Assembly (NCBI GenBank): GCA_963693365.1
Contig: CAVNZM010000013.1
Location: 7,936,940-8,000,939 of the forward strand
Length of the DNA: 64,000 bases
From: Amoebidium appalachense
Taxonomy: Eukaryota > Protista > Ichthyosporea
Reading direction: 5' to 3'
Part shown: piece by piece, positions 8,150 through 31,022 of the stretch
How positions within the stretch are numbered: the first letter of the stretch is position 1
How the letters are laid out: every line of letters starts with the position of its first letter
The notes under the pieces: generated by a model
Seen by the model: only the letters and a program-made list of their open reading frames with translations
Database searches by the model: none
What the model was told of the DNA's origin: nothing
Position numbers and translations under genes: made by a program

Positions 8150-9542
8150 TTAGTCACTGCAGAAGTCCCAGTAGCTCAGGCCACCCACAGACACAAACGG
8201 CACATATGCCGGCTCACTGGCTGTGGATGCCTCGTATGCGCGGAAATACATATCGCCCGCGTCCCGCTGCTCAACCCGCATCTCCACGGCATACTCCATA
8301 CGACGTGAGTCTAGGGAGGTCTCTGAGAGCGACCGCCTCGTTTCTGGGAAGTGCCGGCCTGCCTGCGGGGTCCACTGCGACTCCACAAAGGCACACACTC
8401 GTGCCATGTCCCACCTATCCTCTGGCCGCAGTGCAAGCATGTGCTCCAGAAGCGTGAGCACGGGACGGGGCATCAGGGGCCACTCGGACATGCAGTCGAG
8501 GGCCGGGAACTCGCGATGTGCAAAGAGCACGTACTCCATGCTCTCGGAGGGCTTGGCCACGGCCCAGGGTATGTGGCCGGCACACAGTGCGTACAGTAGA
8601 ATGCCACAGCTCCACACGTCCGAGGCCTTGAGAAAATCTCTCTTCCTGCGCCCTCCCTCGGTGAACACCTCGGGTGGCAGGTACGCCTCTGTGCCACTGG
8701 TGACAATGTCGGCCTCGGCAGGTAGGTCAGCCACACACACCGCACTGCCAAAGTCTATTAGCTTAACCAGGTTGGGGTCGTAGCGTGACAGGCATATGTT
8801 CTCTGGCTTGAGGTCCAGGTGTACTATGTCCTTGCTGTGCATATGCTCCAGGGCGTGGCACACCTGAAGGAACAGTGTGCGCAGCAGGGACTCCTCCATG
8901 GACCCGCTGTTTATGGTGTCAAGCAGGTCGTCACCTGTGGGAACGCACAGAGCCTGTCAGAAAGTACCACTCACAAAAAAGCCCTTTAAAAGAAAGCCTT
9001 GAGTAGAATATAGACCTAAGACCCCTACCTACGTTTCCTCCCCCGCTTACCCCCCCTCCCCCCTCCCCCCTACTGCAAGCCGCTTCAGCCCCCGACGGCA
9101 AGCCGCTTCAGAACTTTGCTGCATGCCAAGTAAGATTCCCAACACAGGCCTAGGTCGAAGAACCCAGGCCTAGGTCGGTGCACGTGTACACTACGCATGC
9201 GCAAATAAGGCAAGACTGATGCCACGTACGGTTTCTTGTGTTGTAACTACTTTTGGGGAAACCAAAACAAGAAGGATACTGTGGAGAGAAAAAAGACCTA
9301 CCCAAATACTCGAGCACGACAGTAAACTCGCTCTCAGTTTCCAACACCTCCACAAAGCGCACGATGTTGTGGCTGTTGAGTCTGCCAAGCAGCTCTGCCT
9401 CGCGTTTCAGCCAAGAAAACGCCAACGCATCTGACTTCTGCACAGTCTTTAAAACTACATTCTCGCCCTCCAAACTGCGCGCCAACACGACCTTGGTAGA
9501 GCCTATCTCTTTCATACTGCGAAGGAAACGATAGTTTTCCAT
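8150..9542 (-). CDS. Ser/Thr protein kinase (CAMK-group-like), 2 exons: 9542-9302 and 8934-8150
   Basis: A GT-AG intron joins in frame (VVLEYLG|DDLLDTINSGSMEE). Motifs VVLK, REAELL, HLDLKPEN, KLIDFG, GTEAYLPPE and DVWSCG are present. Confidence 0.92.
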
Positions 9543-11142
9543 CTTCTATTGTAGGGGTATATTGACCGTCGGAAAAGAGTCGCATTGTGCCCACGCAGTT
9601 GGCTTGCCAGGCTTTTTTGTACCTGCAGGGATGGCTTTTAGCCTTTGTATATATCCGGGATTTCCTTAATATTTTCACCTCAGAGTTATCTTGCCCGACA
9701 TATTCTCAAGTCTGTCACAGAGAGTCAGCAGGAACTTAAATCTGAGGTGTTAAGGTAGAGTCGTTTTCTTTTGTTGAAATCTTTAAATCTTACTTCCTAG
9801 AAAATTTTTCAGTTTTTGTAAGAAAGCGCACGGGTTTCAAATTGCGAGGTATAATCGGAGGTATCATCATCCCCCCCCCCCCCCCCCCCCCCCCCCCCAG
9901 TTTGCTTTGATGATACTTCTCCTGAAAGTTATAGATTTCCGGATAGGTATCCACTACGTCCAAAGCCTGCGTACGTGACTGCGTATGCGAATCAATCACC
10001 GTCGACCTCTCTGCTTCCGGAAAGCAGCAACATTCCTTGCTGACTTAAATCCAATCACAATGCGCTATGTTTTAGCATTCGATTGGCTCATGTGAAGATT
10101 GGGATCTAAGAGACGACCACCACCTGATTGGTCGATCGATGCCTTTGAAGGTCCAGAATGGTCATGTCAACATCGACTGCATCATATTATACTTGGTTAA
10201 CATTTTATAAACTTAACTAGTGTAGTTTATTCCCACCATTTTTTATGATGCATACGCACACTCCCCGCCACACCACCGGGGGAGCGGCCTGCGGCGCTGG
10301 GAAACAACCTTTCACGGCGCCGTGACGCCGGGCCGGGCCTGACATACTTCACCAATCAAAATGATTTGAGCGATCACGGCAAAGAAGCGTTTTGCCGACT
10401 CGCAGCCAAAAACTGGCTGACTCCTGATCATTGGAAGAGCGTGGCAAAATATAAACATCCAATTTTTCCAGGTAAAGTCTCACTGACGGAAAGGCTCGCA
10501 GAGTCTGGTCAAATAACATTATAGCATCATATTTCGAGAAAAATATGAGTAAATTTGGCATAAAATGTTTTATATTATTTCTATGACTGAATGTAAGGGA
10601 AGAAGAGAAGTTTTTGTTTCATAACAGTGACCTATTCCTTCAGCAATATAAAATGATGATTTATCAGAACATTTTGCCCAATTTTGCTCAGGCTTGTGAT
10701 TGTGTTTGATTGGTGGTGATCACTCAACTCGTGGGAATCGGGGGGGATATACATCGTGTGCCTCTTTTTTTTGCTAATGATTAAATGTCGATTTTGTATT
10801 TGCGAGCAGCAATTTCAAATTATCTCATAAGCCTAGGCCAACAGATGCAGTGCAGTGTCAAAGAAATTTTTGAAGTATCAAAACTACATGGTCTTTATTA
10901 CATGAGGAGAACTGTAAGGACAGCTGCATGACCGGGCTACATTATAGCCTACATACCTCGGAGTCGATTTCTTGATGATTTCGGAAATATTGGAACCACG
11001 CATAATCACAACGACATGCTCCTACGAGGTTAGGGGGAGCTCAAATTTTTTATATATAGCGCACGGCCCCCTCATTTCGATCGAACTCATTCGAAACCGG
11101 CACAGTACCGTCACTACCCGCCAGCACAAAGCACACAAGAAG

Positions 11143-11186
<44 letters not shown>

Positions 11187-11198
11187 TTTCCCCCCCTC

Positions 11199-11281
<83 letters not shown>

Positions 11282-11405
11282 CCCTTAATAGAGATTTTTT
11301 TTCATTCCCCGCCACCCTTTTAAATTGCACCCCACAACTCCTGGGGCCCCTCTCCCCCTGCCTGCCCCCTCCCTCTCCTCCCCCCCCTCCTGCGCCTCTC
11401 CCCCT

Positions 11406-11965
11406 ACGCATACTGTGCGCATGGCTGATGTTGCATACTTGAATGTTTGCCTTTGCATGTGTCCTTTGTGTATGCGTACTTCACTACCGTGTTCCGCATC
11501 AGTCAAACCCCCCCAGTCTTCTTTCAGAGGTGTCCTTTCAGGACAGACCACTGTGTGGAGACCGCTTTACTTCCATGCAACCGGGCATGGTTGCTCTGTG
11601 TCGTGCATCTGTAAGCATATACGCATTTTCCGCTGCACTGCATTAGTTTGCACACACATATTCACCGTTTTGCTCACCTTGCTTGCATAAGCAACCCTTC
11701 TCGTCTTTGATCAAGACGGGTTGACCTGTCAAGATAACATGACCCTCCCAAGTTCAGTTGATGCTGCTGTCTGAGTTGGAGAGTCGTATATACGCGGGCT
11801 AAGGGTCGAAACTCAGACGCAATTGATGACTTGGGCCCTCCCTGAGGATGGGCTCTGCTTATGACGCATACTGTGCGCATGGCTGATGTTGCATACTTGA
11901 ATGTTTGCCTTTGGACGGTCCTTCGTGAATGCGTACTTCGTACCGTGTTCCGCATTCAACCCTCC
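11406..11965. repeat. Dispersed ~105-bp imperfect direct repeat (11406-11513 and 11864-11965)
   Basis: ACGCATACTGTGCGCATGGCTGATGTTGCATACTTGAATGTTTGCCTTTG is identical in both copies, followed by diverged continuation. Confidence 0.9.
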
Positions 11966-12091
11966 CCCCCCCCCCCCCCCTCCCGGCCCCCCCCCCTCTC
12001 TCTCTCCGAGGCTCTCCCCTTCCTTCCCCCCCCCCCCCCCTTCCCCCCTTATTGCTCTCTCTTCTCTCTCTCTCTCAGCTCTCTCACTCTC

Positions 12092-12136
<45 letters not shown>

Positions 12137-12182
12137 TCTCTCTCTCTCTCAAGCTTCTCTGCCCTTTTCTCTCCCTCCCTCC

Positions 12183-12213
<31 letters not shown>

Positions 12214-12333
12214 CCTTTCCCTCCCTCCCTCCCTCTCTCTCTCTCTCTCTCCCTCTCTCTCTCCCTCTCCCTCTCTCTCCCTCCCTCCCTCCCTCTCTCT
12301 CTCTCTCTCTCTCTGTCTCTGTCTCTCCCCCCC

Positions 12334-12421
<88 letters not shown>

Positions 12422-14061
12422 TTCTCAGATTAAAACTTTATCTCTCTCTCTATCTCCTTCCCTCCTCCCCCTGAGGGTCTCTCTCTCACACAAAATGCTC
12501 TTTCTATATCTCCCTCCCTCCCCCCCCCCTCCCTCCCTCTCCCCCTCCCCCTCCCCGGCCCCCCCCTCTTTCTCTCTCTCTCCCCGGCTCCCAGGCTAGA
12601 AATGGCACACAGGTGCATGCATTCGTAATTATGATAATGATCGCACAGAACACGGCCCACGCGACGTCCCAGTCCACACACGTGTCTGTGTGTGCTCCAG
12701 GCAGACACAGGGAGGCACTAAGCACACTGATAATGTTCGCAGTATCACACACCCACAGCAGCTTGGGCCCACCCGAACATGGTCAACACGTGGCACACAC
12801 ATTTAGTCTGCCTTTTCCGATGCATGCAGTGGCACCCGAAACCACGCGCGCGTTTACACATGCATATGTACACTGTGACAACACACACACACACACGTGT
12901 CACACTGTGACAGTCGTATAGTTCCAGACCAAATAAATACCCAAATCTTGCACACACTGCCAGGTGAGCACGATAATAATGTTGCCTACGAAGGGTATAT
13001 CGGAACGACACTATTAGTACAAAGTTCGATTCAGTGGTCCCCATGGTGGGCTAGCCTAGTGGAAATAGAGAGGAGAAGTGTGCAGGAGGGTGCCACGGTG
13101 GAGTTGGAGGAGAGGCAGGGGGGGGGGGGGGGGGGGGTAATATGTAACTACCAACACCACTGCCGAAGAAGTACAATAGGTGGTTGGGGGGAGGGGCAGT
13201 TTTCGGTGTAGTGGGATTAACGAGGATGAAAGCATGTGTATTGGGATTAACGAGGATGAAAGCATGGAATGGCGACGACTGGTCTCCAGGCGGAATGCAT
13301 ATGACAAGCAGGGTTACATCGAGAGTGAAAAGATACCAAGAAAATGCGCTGAGCGCATAGTTCTTGCCAGATATTTATTTCAACAGTGTTTTCTTCAAGT
13401 GCTTCAACACAGAAATCAGCAACATGTACAGGGCATGCTTTCCCATGTCAGTGTTCTTCGTTTGTCTCCAGCGCGCTCTCGTCTAAGACTTCAACCAATC
13501 TCAGAGCCCCTTCAAGCTCACCCACATCTAAAGCTATCCTTTTCCTTTTTTGATAGCCATGATCTTTACTCTATCTGTAGGTTGGGTTCGCCATAGGGGG
13601 ACAAAACAAAAAAGGGGGGGGGCGGCTTCTTTCCTCCTTAATATATACGAGATCGATACACAAACTTCACAATGTTGAGATTCGATACACAAACTTCAAA
13701 ATGTTGAGATTCAATGAAACTTAGTTCCGTCACAGACGGAATCTAGGTGGGGATGAGTTACCCCTAACTTGACACAAGTACAATGGTGGATCACTGCTCG
13801 CATGCGGCATTCAAAAATCAAACTGGAGACAATCAGATCTAGTGTAGTGGAGCGTGATCCTGCTCCTAAGATGCACATCGCCACGGCCCGATGAAGGTTA
13901 ATAATTGGTGCTCCGTGTTTACCATTTCACGTAATTTTACGTCTCTCGCTCTCCGAATTAATGTTCGGTATTAGTCCCCCCCTTGGTTGGAGGTCTGTCC
14001 ATTTCACCACAATTACGACTTACTAAATACAATGACGACAGTATATACATATAGATGCTCA

Positions 14062-14612
14062 CTAGTAGAACCAGTTAGCCACCAGCACAACCATCACCCC
14101 CAGTACTGTGTGCACCCTTGATGCCGCCACCCAGCAGCCTGCACTTGCCTTTACAGCACTCTGCCCTGCTACGGCCCCTGCAGTCGTGGCCGGTGCAGAC
14201 GTGGCAGTGGCACTGCATTCAGTGGGTGAAGGAGGTGGTGAGTGGGAAGGAGTGAAGGGAAGGGGAAGGGGGGGGAGAGGGGGGAGGGGGGGGGGGGGGG
14301 GGGGGGGGGGGGAGGGGGGAGGGGGGGGGAGACAGGGGGAGATAGACAAGCATCAGCGGAATAGGCTTGAGAATCATTTTAGACAAGGGCTCCAACATGT
14401 TTCCTGATATCAACACGTCATATCTTGCTCGCTTACCTACACATTGAAATAAACCACACATGCACACAGATGCCATGCCCACATACTCTTACTTGCCTAC
14501 GTCAACCCCCCCTTTCCCCCCCCCCCCCCCCCCCCCCTGCAACAAAGAGCTGCACAACCCAGCAATTGATCACCACCACCTCCTCCACCACCATGGTTAG
14601 CTAGGTCGCCTT

Positions 14613-14657
<45 letters not shown>

Positions 14658-15012
14658 GGCATGCGCAGACACACACAGGCACACACCTAGTCTGGCTGGC
14701 CAGTATTGATGATGCGAATGTGATGGGGGTGCCTCTCTCGCAGCACGTGGTGGCGTTGCATCTGCACATGCTCGTGCAGGCCACCGTCTTGGCATTGCGC
14801 AGCACCACATCCCCCTCACTGCACGTGCCCAGGTTGTCCACCCAGTCCTGTGTATGTCAGGCCGTGTGAGCTCGGTGTGTGCTTTTGGATCTTGTATTTA
14901 CTCGTGCTCTCAGGTTCCTGTGGTAGAAGGGCGCGGTTGGGCGCGGTTGGGCGGGCCCAAGAAGGATGAGTGGGGAGGGAGGGTTTTTTTTTTAATTTTT
15001 TTATTTTTTTTT

Positions 15013-15060
<48 letters not shown>

Positions 15061-15260
15061 TGGTGGTGGTTGTGCTCGCGTGTTGATGAGCCCACCGATA
15101 TATGCATGTCATCTTCACCTGTGTGCTTGTGAGCATTGCTTCGTGATTTTACCAATATGTGCATGCCTGCAAAGACTGACCGTGTTGGTGGTGTTGATTG
15201 TGTGACCACGTTGTATGCATGTGTGTGTGTGTGTGGGTGTGGATTTGAGTGTTAGACACT

Positions 15261-15299
<39 letters not shown>

Positions 15300-15302
15300 G
15301 GG

Positions 15303-15341
<39 letters not shown>

Positions 15342-15740
15342 TTTTTTTGTACCTGGCAGGTGACGAAGGTCTCCTGCTTGCAGCACACGGCACTGCTGCA
15401 GCCCTCGGGCGGGCAGTCTGCCTTTGCATTGTTGACGGGTGATTGGTTGCAGGGGCAAGCAGAGAGCGACCCCCCATTGGCTGTGGTGGTGGTTGGGTGT
15501 TATAATTGGTGGAAGTTCAGTGTGTGTTATGATTGGTGCTGGTTGTGTGTTAAGATTGGTGGTGGTCTGGTTTGCTTGATTGGGTGTGGTAGTGTTGCAT
15601 TTTCAAGGCTTTTGGTTGTTGTGCGTGTTTTGATTGGTTGTGTTTAAAGTGTGGTCATTGGCTGCTGGGTTGAGCATTGGTTTTGTGCGCAGACATTTAA
15701 TTGGTTGTACTTGGAAGCTATAAAGATGGAGCCGGGGTAA

Positions 15741-15778
<38 letters not shown>

Positions 15779-16098
15779 TTTTGAAGATTGGGCTGATTAA
15801 ACGGCATACGTGTGTGCCCGGGGGAGGGGGGGGGGGGGGGGGGGGGGAAGGGGGGAGGGGGGGGAGGGGGGGGGAGGGGGGGGGGGGGGGGGGGGCAAAG
15901 GGCCAATGAGCAGAGCAGAGAGCCAGAGCAGAGAGCAGAGAGAGAAGATTGATATTGTGGAAGGAGGTTGAGAGCGAGTATATGATACAGGCTTCCAGTG
16001 TGTATTGGGTGTTCTCTCTTTGTTTTTGAGCTAACCTAATGTCTCTGTGTGTGCACGTGCGTGTGTGTGTTCGCGCCCCCGTGTGTACATGTGTATAT

Positions 16099-16129
<31 letters not shown>

Positions 16130-16137
16130 CATGTGTG

Positions 16138-16170
<33 letters not shown>

Positions 16171-16414
16171 ACAGTGTGTGTATGCCGGTATGTGTGTGTG
16201 TGTGTGTGTGTGTCACTGATTATGGATGTTTGTGTGTCTCTGCGTGCCTCTGCGTGTGCACGCGTGTACCTCGTGGCGTGTATGCCACAGTGTGTGTGTG
16301 TGTGTGCGTGCGTCTCCGCGAGTGCCTGTGCATCTGCATGTGCGTGTGTGTGCGTGTATGCGTGTGTTGTGTGTGTACGAGTGCTCATGTGTGTGTTGTG
16401 TGTGTACGAGTGCT

Positions 16415-16508
<94 letters not shown>

Positions 16509-16821
16509 TGTCCCATGCCTTGGTGGATTAGTTTTCGGGGGCAGGTGCAGGAGGAGGGAGAAGGGTGTACATTAACGCCGATTTTCTTCTTAGCATAAGC
16601 AGAAAGAAAACACCACAACACTTCCGTGAACGATCCTAAGCCCCCTTTTTTGCTTTTACCTCTCCCCATCAATATTTCGCGTGTAACCCGGGCATTATGC
16701 TACACACGCCACCTTTTGCAACATTGTGCCACACAACCATGCTATTTCAGACCGGTGCAATTAAAGTTCCAAACAGCTCGCCAGGAGGTTTTCGTCAGCA
16801 AACTCCCCCCCCCCCCCCCCC

Positions 16822-16854
<33 letters not shown>

Positions 16855-18751
16855 CCCCCCCCCCCCCTCCCCCCCCCCCCCCCAACTCCTCCCCCAACAC
16901 CCCAAGCCCCACCCACCCTTTCCCATCCACCCCCACCCTTCGGGTCCCGATCCCAAGGCCCCACCTGTGATCCATGTTGCACACGTGGCTGGTTTTGTGG
17001 CCGTGGAAGGTTCTGGTTTGGCCGTGGGAACCAATGACCCAGTAGATGATGAGCCAGTGCAGCAGGTGGTGGCATTGCAGCGGCACACAGACTGGCACGT
17101 GATGCTTTCCAAACTGGGAAGGTGTGTGGCATCGGGTGCACACAGGCCGAGATTGTCCTTCCATGACTGTTGATGTTGTTGTTGTTGTGTGTGTGTGTGT
17201 GTGTGTGTACAAGTGTGCGTGTGTGTGTGATTGTGTGATTGTGTGTGTGTGTGTATGTGTGTGTGTGTGTGCGTGTGCTGCGCGCGGGGTTGTCTGTGTG
17301 TGTGTGTATGTATGTGCGTACCTGTCTATGTGTGTGTGTGTGTGTGACCACGATTAGTCTTATACATACACAGGGATGTGTGTGTATGTGTGGTATTTGT
17401 GCCGACCATTATCCAGGGTAGAGAGTGGCCTCAAAACCTGAGGAGATGAGTTGGAGTGGGCAGAAGGAAGTGGGAGGGAGGTGGGGCAGAAAAGGTAGGA
17501 CGAGGCACGGTGGTGCATATATCTTTAGACGGGATGTTTGGGGGGGAGGTGGGGAGAGAAGGGCCCAAATGGGGCCCAGGAGAAGTGAGGCAGCAGGGAA
17601 GGGGAGGCACTTAGTTGCTCTAATGAAGCAGTCAACTTCACATGTACGTTTGGTTGCAAGGTGGTGGGACCGAGAACTAGGGTGATGCATTCAGATGTGT
17701 TTGTTCTGGTGTATGTGGGTGTGGTTGCAGTTGTACCGTGCACATGTCTGTTGCTGTAATACTAATTGGTGCTGATGTTTGAGTGTGTGTATGTGTGTGT
17801 GTGATAAAGTAAACTTGAACTTCCCCCCCCCCCCCCCCCCCCCCCCCCTCCCTTCCCCCCTCCCCTTTTTGACTGGGGGAGAGGGAGAGGGAGGATGAGG
17901 GGAGGGGAGAGGGGAGGGGGGAGGGGTTGGAATGCCTTCGTTCTTCATCCCCCCCCTTCCCCCCCCCCCCCCCCTTCCCCCCTCTTTTTGGAGGAAGGGT
18001 TAGCGGGATGGGCGGGTAGGGGGGTAGGGGGAGGGGGTTAGCACGTTCCGAAGAAAGACGGAGAAAGGGGGATGAAGAGGTCAAAGAGGGTCGAGGGGGG
18101 GGGGAGGCGAGGGAGGGAGAGGGGGGCAGGGGGGGGAGGGGAGGGGGGAGGAGGTTCCACTGATGAAGAGAAGGGAAGGTGTTGCCTCGTGGTGGTGAGT
18201 GTGGTGGTGATGGTGTTAGTGGTGGTTGGGAGGGGGAAGGGAGGGGGTTTGAGAATAATATATGTGCTTTTGAATTGCAATCACAACTCACTACCGTTTG
18301 GCGTTGTAGGCAAAGCATCCTTCGCATGTGTGCAGGTGCATATCATGTAACGTATGTGTGCACGTGTGTCTGGCCGTGTGTTCGAGCACCTACCGCGCAC
18401 GTGTCGTAGTTGTCAGCCACACAGCACGTGCTCTCGCATGCCTCGGCTGTGCACGTGAGCCTCTTTGCATTGTTGACGGGGTGCTTACCACATCCACATG
18501 CAACCTCCCATCCTCCCTTCTCTGTGGGGTGTCGTGTCCAAATCAGGTGAATATAAAGGACCCAAAGAATGCAGGGAAGAAGGGGGCGGGATGGAGTGGG
18601 GGAAAGAATAGCAGAGGTAGATAGGAGGAGATATATGTGTGTGCCGATGTGAGGAGTGGGGAGCCGGGGGTCAGGGTTGGAGTGGCGGTGAGGGTTGGGT
18701 TGGGTGGTGTGTGAGTGTGTGTTGGGGGGAGGGGGGGAAGGGGGGAGGGAG

Positions 18752-18782
<31 letters not shown>

Positions 18783-19794
18783 AGGGGGAAGGGGGTCGAT
18801 AGGGGTTTATCGAGTAAATTACACAGACATCGTCACAGGCAAACCTTGGTAGCAACTTACATGCTGTCGTGGTTTTGTGCATGTACATGGATATATAGTG
18901 TCGTGGGCGTGCCAGCGCTGTGTTCGGCACATGCACTGTTTTCCGGTTCATTGCGCATGCACTCTAGTGTATGTCTGAAAAATACACGGGATTGGAGTCT
19001 CATTATTCTAAACAGGTGAGTGATGGCCGCATAAATATACCAGGAGCATGCACACCAAGCTAGGGGCAGCAGGGGGGAAAGGGGCGGTGCGGGGAGGGGG
19101 GGCATGACTGCTTGATTCGGCGCACCAAACAGTTTCGGGGACATGTGTTTTTACAGTGACTTGTATATACCACAGTATACTTATGTGGGCGTGCACCCAG
19201 TGTGCGTATGTTTGTGTCCTAGTGCATGAAAGAGCGCAGCCCTATGGTTTCTGCATGTCCATATGTGTTTCTCCCGTCCACGATGTGCATGCATCTGCGA
19301 GGGAAACTGTGATGAACCATACGAATGCAAATGGGTGTGTTTGGTGGGCCATGTGGGCTGCATGTCTATAGTTTCCTTGTGTGTGTCTGTAATGCATGCA
19401 ACCGTTTTCGTGTCTGCGTTTTGTGTAAGTGTGCGTGCGCTCCCAGCTCTGCCCGGCCAGAAATATGAAACCATAACTTACTAAACGCAAGTGAATTGTT
19501 GTGTGCACTGCGTCAATCTGTGTTGAACTCAGTCTTAGTGTGCACTAGCAAAAATAAAGCTCTGATTGACATACGTGTGCGTCCGAAGTTTTATGTTGCG
19601 ATTGATCTGTTTGGATGGAAGTGCATGCTTGGGGATGTCCTTCTCTCAGCGTAAATCCAGACCAACACAAAAAACGAGTTGTCCGGATTCAGATTTAAAA
19701 TGTAGTACGTCTAGTCCAACCAAGCCCGGTAAACGCACAAAACAAGAAAATAGGGGTTTGTTTTTGTAACTTACCACCAAAAAAGGCGGCGCAT
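14062..19794 (-). CDS. Multi-exon Cys-rich repeat protein, probably secreted and GPI-anchored
   Basis: Exons at ~18393-18522 (WEVACGCGKHPVNNAKRLTCTAEACESTCC), ~16966-17167 (WKDNLGLC...CQSVCRCNATTCC), ~15353-15480 (WGSLSACPCNQSPVNNAKADCPPEGCSSAVCC), ~14687-14847 (WVDNLGTC...CTSMCRCNATTCC) and ~14062-14225 (A/T-rich spacer, hydrophobic end). The 5' exons (MRRLFW at 19794) are tentative; TATA on the minus strand at ~20160-20170. Confidence 0.7.
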
Positions 19795-21310
19795 GTCGTA
19801 GCGGTTGCAGCAGCGGCAGTAATTTGCACGAGACAGAAAGACAAAAATCCAATGGCAGCGAGAGAAATGGGAATATGCATTTTCATGTTTGGTTTGTTTC
19901 GCCAGTTATCTTCTTTCGAATTCAAGCTCGTTGCACTGCAGATTTTTAGTGGGTGTTTGTTTGTGGCAAGGGGATTTTCGAAGTGCCTTTTGTATATTCG
20001 TGTCAAAGTTGTATATACAAAATTCTATTTAGCAAAGTATTTACATACATTCAGAAAAAACCTTCATGAACACGTGGCCAAGGATAGCAGTGAAAGAAAA
20101 CGCCTCACTGGAACGCGGGCTAGGTTTTATATCTCGAGGCTGTAGAGGAGTGTAAACATTTTTATATAATAGATTTCGTCGATCATTTCGAGCTCTCGTT
20201 TTTGCATGAGCCCTGGTGGAACCATGAGACAGACGCACTCTAATTTATGTACTGTTTGCTGTGTAAATATTCAAGCTGGCTAAAATACAGCACGGGTTCT
20301 AAATCAAATATTTGAGCTGTTTATTCCAACTTCATGTTCTATGAACCAACACGAGAATCATTTTACCCTTCTCACAATCGCGACGCCGTACGCGCCCTCC
20401 CACTCCCAGCCACTTTTCAAATAAATAGATGATTTTGCCCGCCTTTACCTATGAGCCACAAGAAATAAATAGGTATGACTTTTATCGAATGGTATTAATC
20501 TATTAAGCCATACTGACAAGCGTTATAAGCATAAAATGAACTTTAGCCCAATCCGATGTACTCAATCTCATCTTCTAGATGCCATTTTTGGCTGTGGTTG
20601 TGAACAGCGCCAGTTTGCATGGTGAAGGGCCGGTGGACACGTCGTCATGGAAGACTTGCCAATGCATTTGAAGTGTAAAGACAAAACGCTGTTTGCAGTT
20701 ATGCTGAAGCTCCATGCTCCATGCGTGTTACTTCACAAAACAACTGATGTTGGATAGTCAGCTGGCGGCGTCTTTAAGGCCAGAGTTGCCACCCGCAGGT
20801 CATCACTGCTGCCCCCCATAGCTGCTCTGTGATTGGTTTTTTGGGCTTTTATCAACTTGCAACGTACGGTAGAAAAGCCAGAGCTCCGATATGCCCCATG
20901 ATATGTGCATGTGTACGCTGTGAGCGCTGTGCAGGCCGCTGAGTACGCTCTCTCATCCTCCGCGGCGTGCAGCTAGAGGTCGCGTGCCTCTCTGGACTAG
21001 CCAAAATGATATTCCTCCTCAGCAGTGCTAATATTAGTGGAATCCAGTCTGAACCCCCCCCCCCCCTCCCCTCCCCCCCCCCCCCCCCCCCCCCCGCCCC
21101 CCTCCCCCTTCTCCCCCCCCCCCCCCCCCGGCCCCCCCGGCCCCCCGGCCCCCTACCTCTCCCACCAATATGCGTGTGCACCACGAACATGCGTGCACGT
21201 GGCACACACAAACACACACATTCACACACACGGACGTGCGCGCACACACACGCACACATGCACACACACACACACATGTACTCTAATGCACACACACAGT
21301 CACATGTACA

Positions 21311-21363
<53 letters not shown>

Positions 21364-21886
21364 AAAGCATATGGCACACCGCTGGTATGTGGCCTCCGAG
21401 ATAACTCGTCGAGGGTTCCGATATTGATGTATTCACTTGTACAAGCTGAGGTTGGTAGTTATAATTATCAGCACAACGTTAACCCACATAGTGGTCTCAT
21501 GAACAAATACGATGTGTGATGCACATGTATGTCCTCTGATTTGTGGGTGCAAATGTTCCCTAAATTCATTGAAATGAACTATTCAAAAGAGTTATTTGTG
21601 TTGATGTACTAATGTGTGTCTTAGCGACCGTTAAAGCTATAATATTACAGTCAGGCATTCAATGCCGCCTCACAGCGTAAAACCAAAGGTAGCTGCCTGT
21701 CTTGGATTTGGGCATTTCTATTGTGCGTGCTTGACAATGTTCTGTTTCTATCAGACCATGCATGGGCCGTGCCGTTCACCTAAGTCAGAACTTATTCCTG
21801 CTTATTGGCTTCTGGTACTGTTCGCCACCAATCTAATATGTTCTAAGCTTTCAGAAATTCATTCAAATGACCTACAATGTCCACAG

Positions 21887-30855
<8,969 letters not shown>

Positions 30856-30947
30856 GGTGGTCTTATGTAGAGGTATTGGTGGGGCTGGGGAGGAGGAAGC
30901 AGTCGGCGTATGGGGTGGGTGGGTGGGTGGGTGGGTAGGTTGTGAGG

Positions 30948-31022
<75 letters not shown>

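Noticed and set aside
10216-10730. Possible MITE or Helitron end (CTAG, CTCCCC/GGGGAG hairpin, ACCAATCAAA/TTTGATTGGT)
   Set aside because: The inverted matches are short and explained by CCAAT boxes; hairpin spacing is wrong and no TSD is seen.
11780-11850. Hammerhead ribozyme (GAAAC and CTGAGGA present)
   Set aside because: I could not assemble the three stems around the core in the required order.
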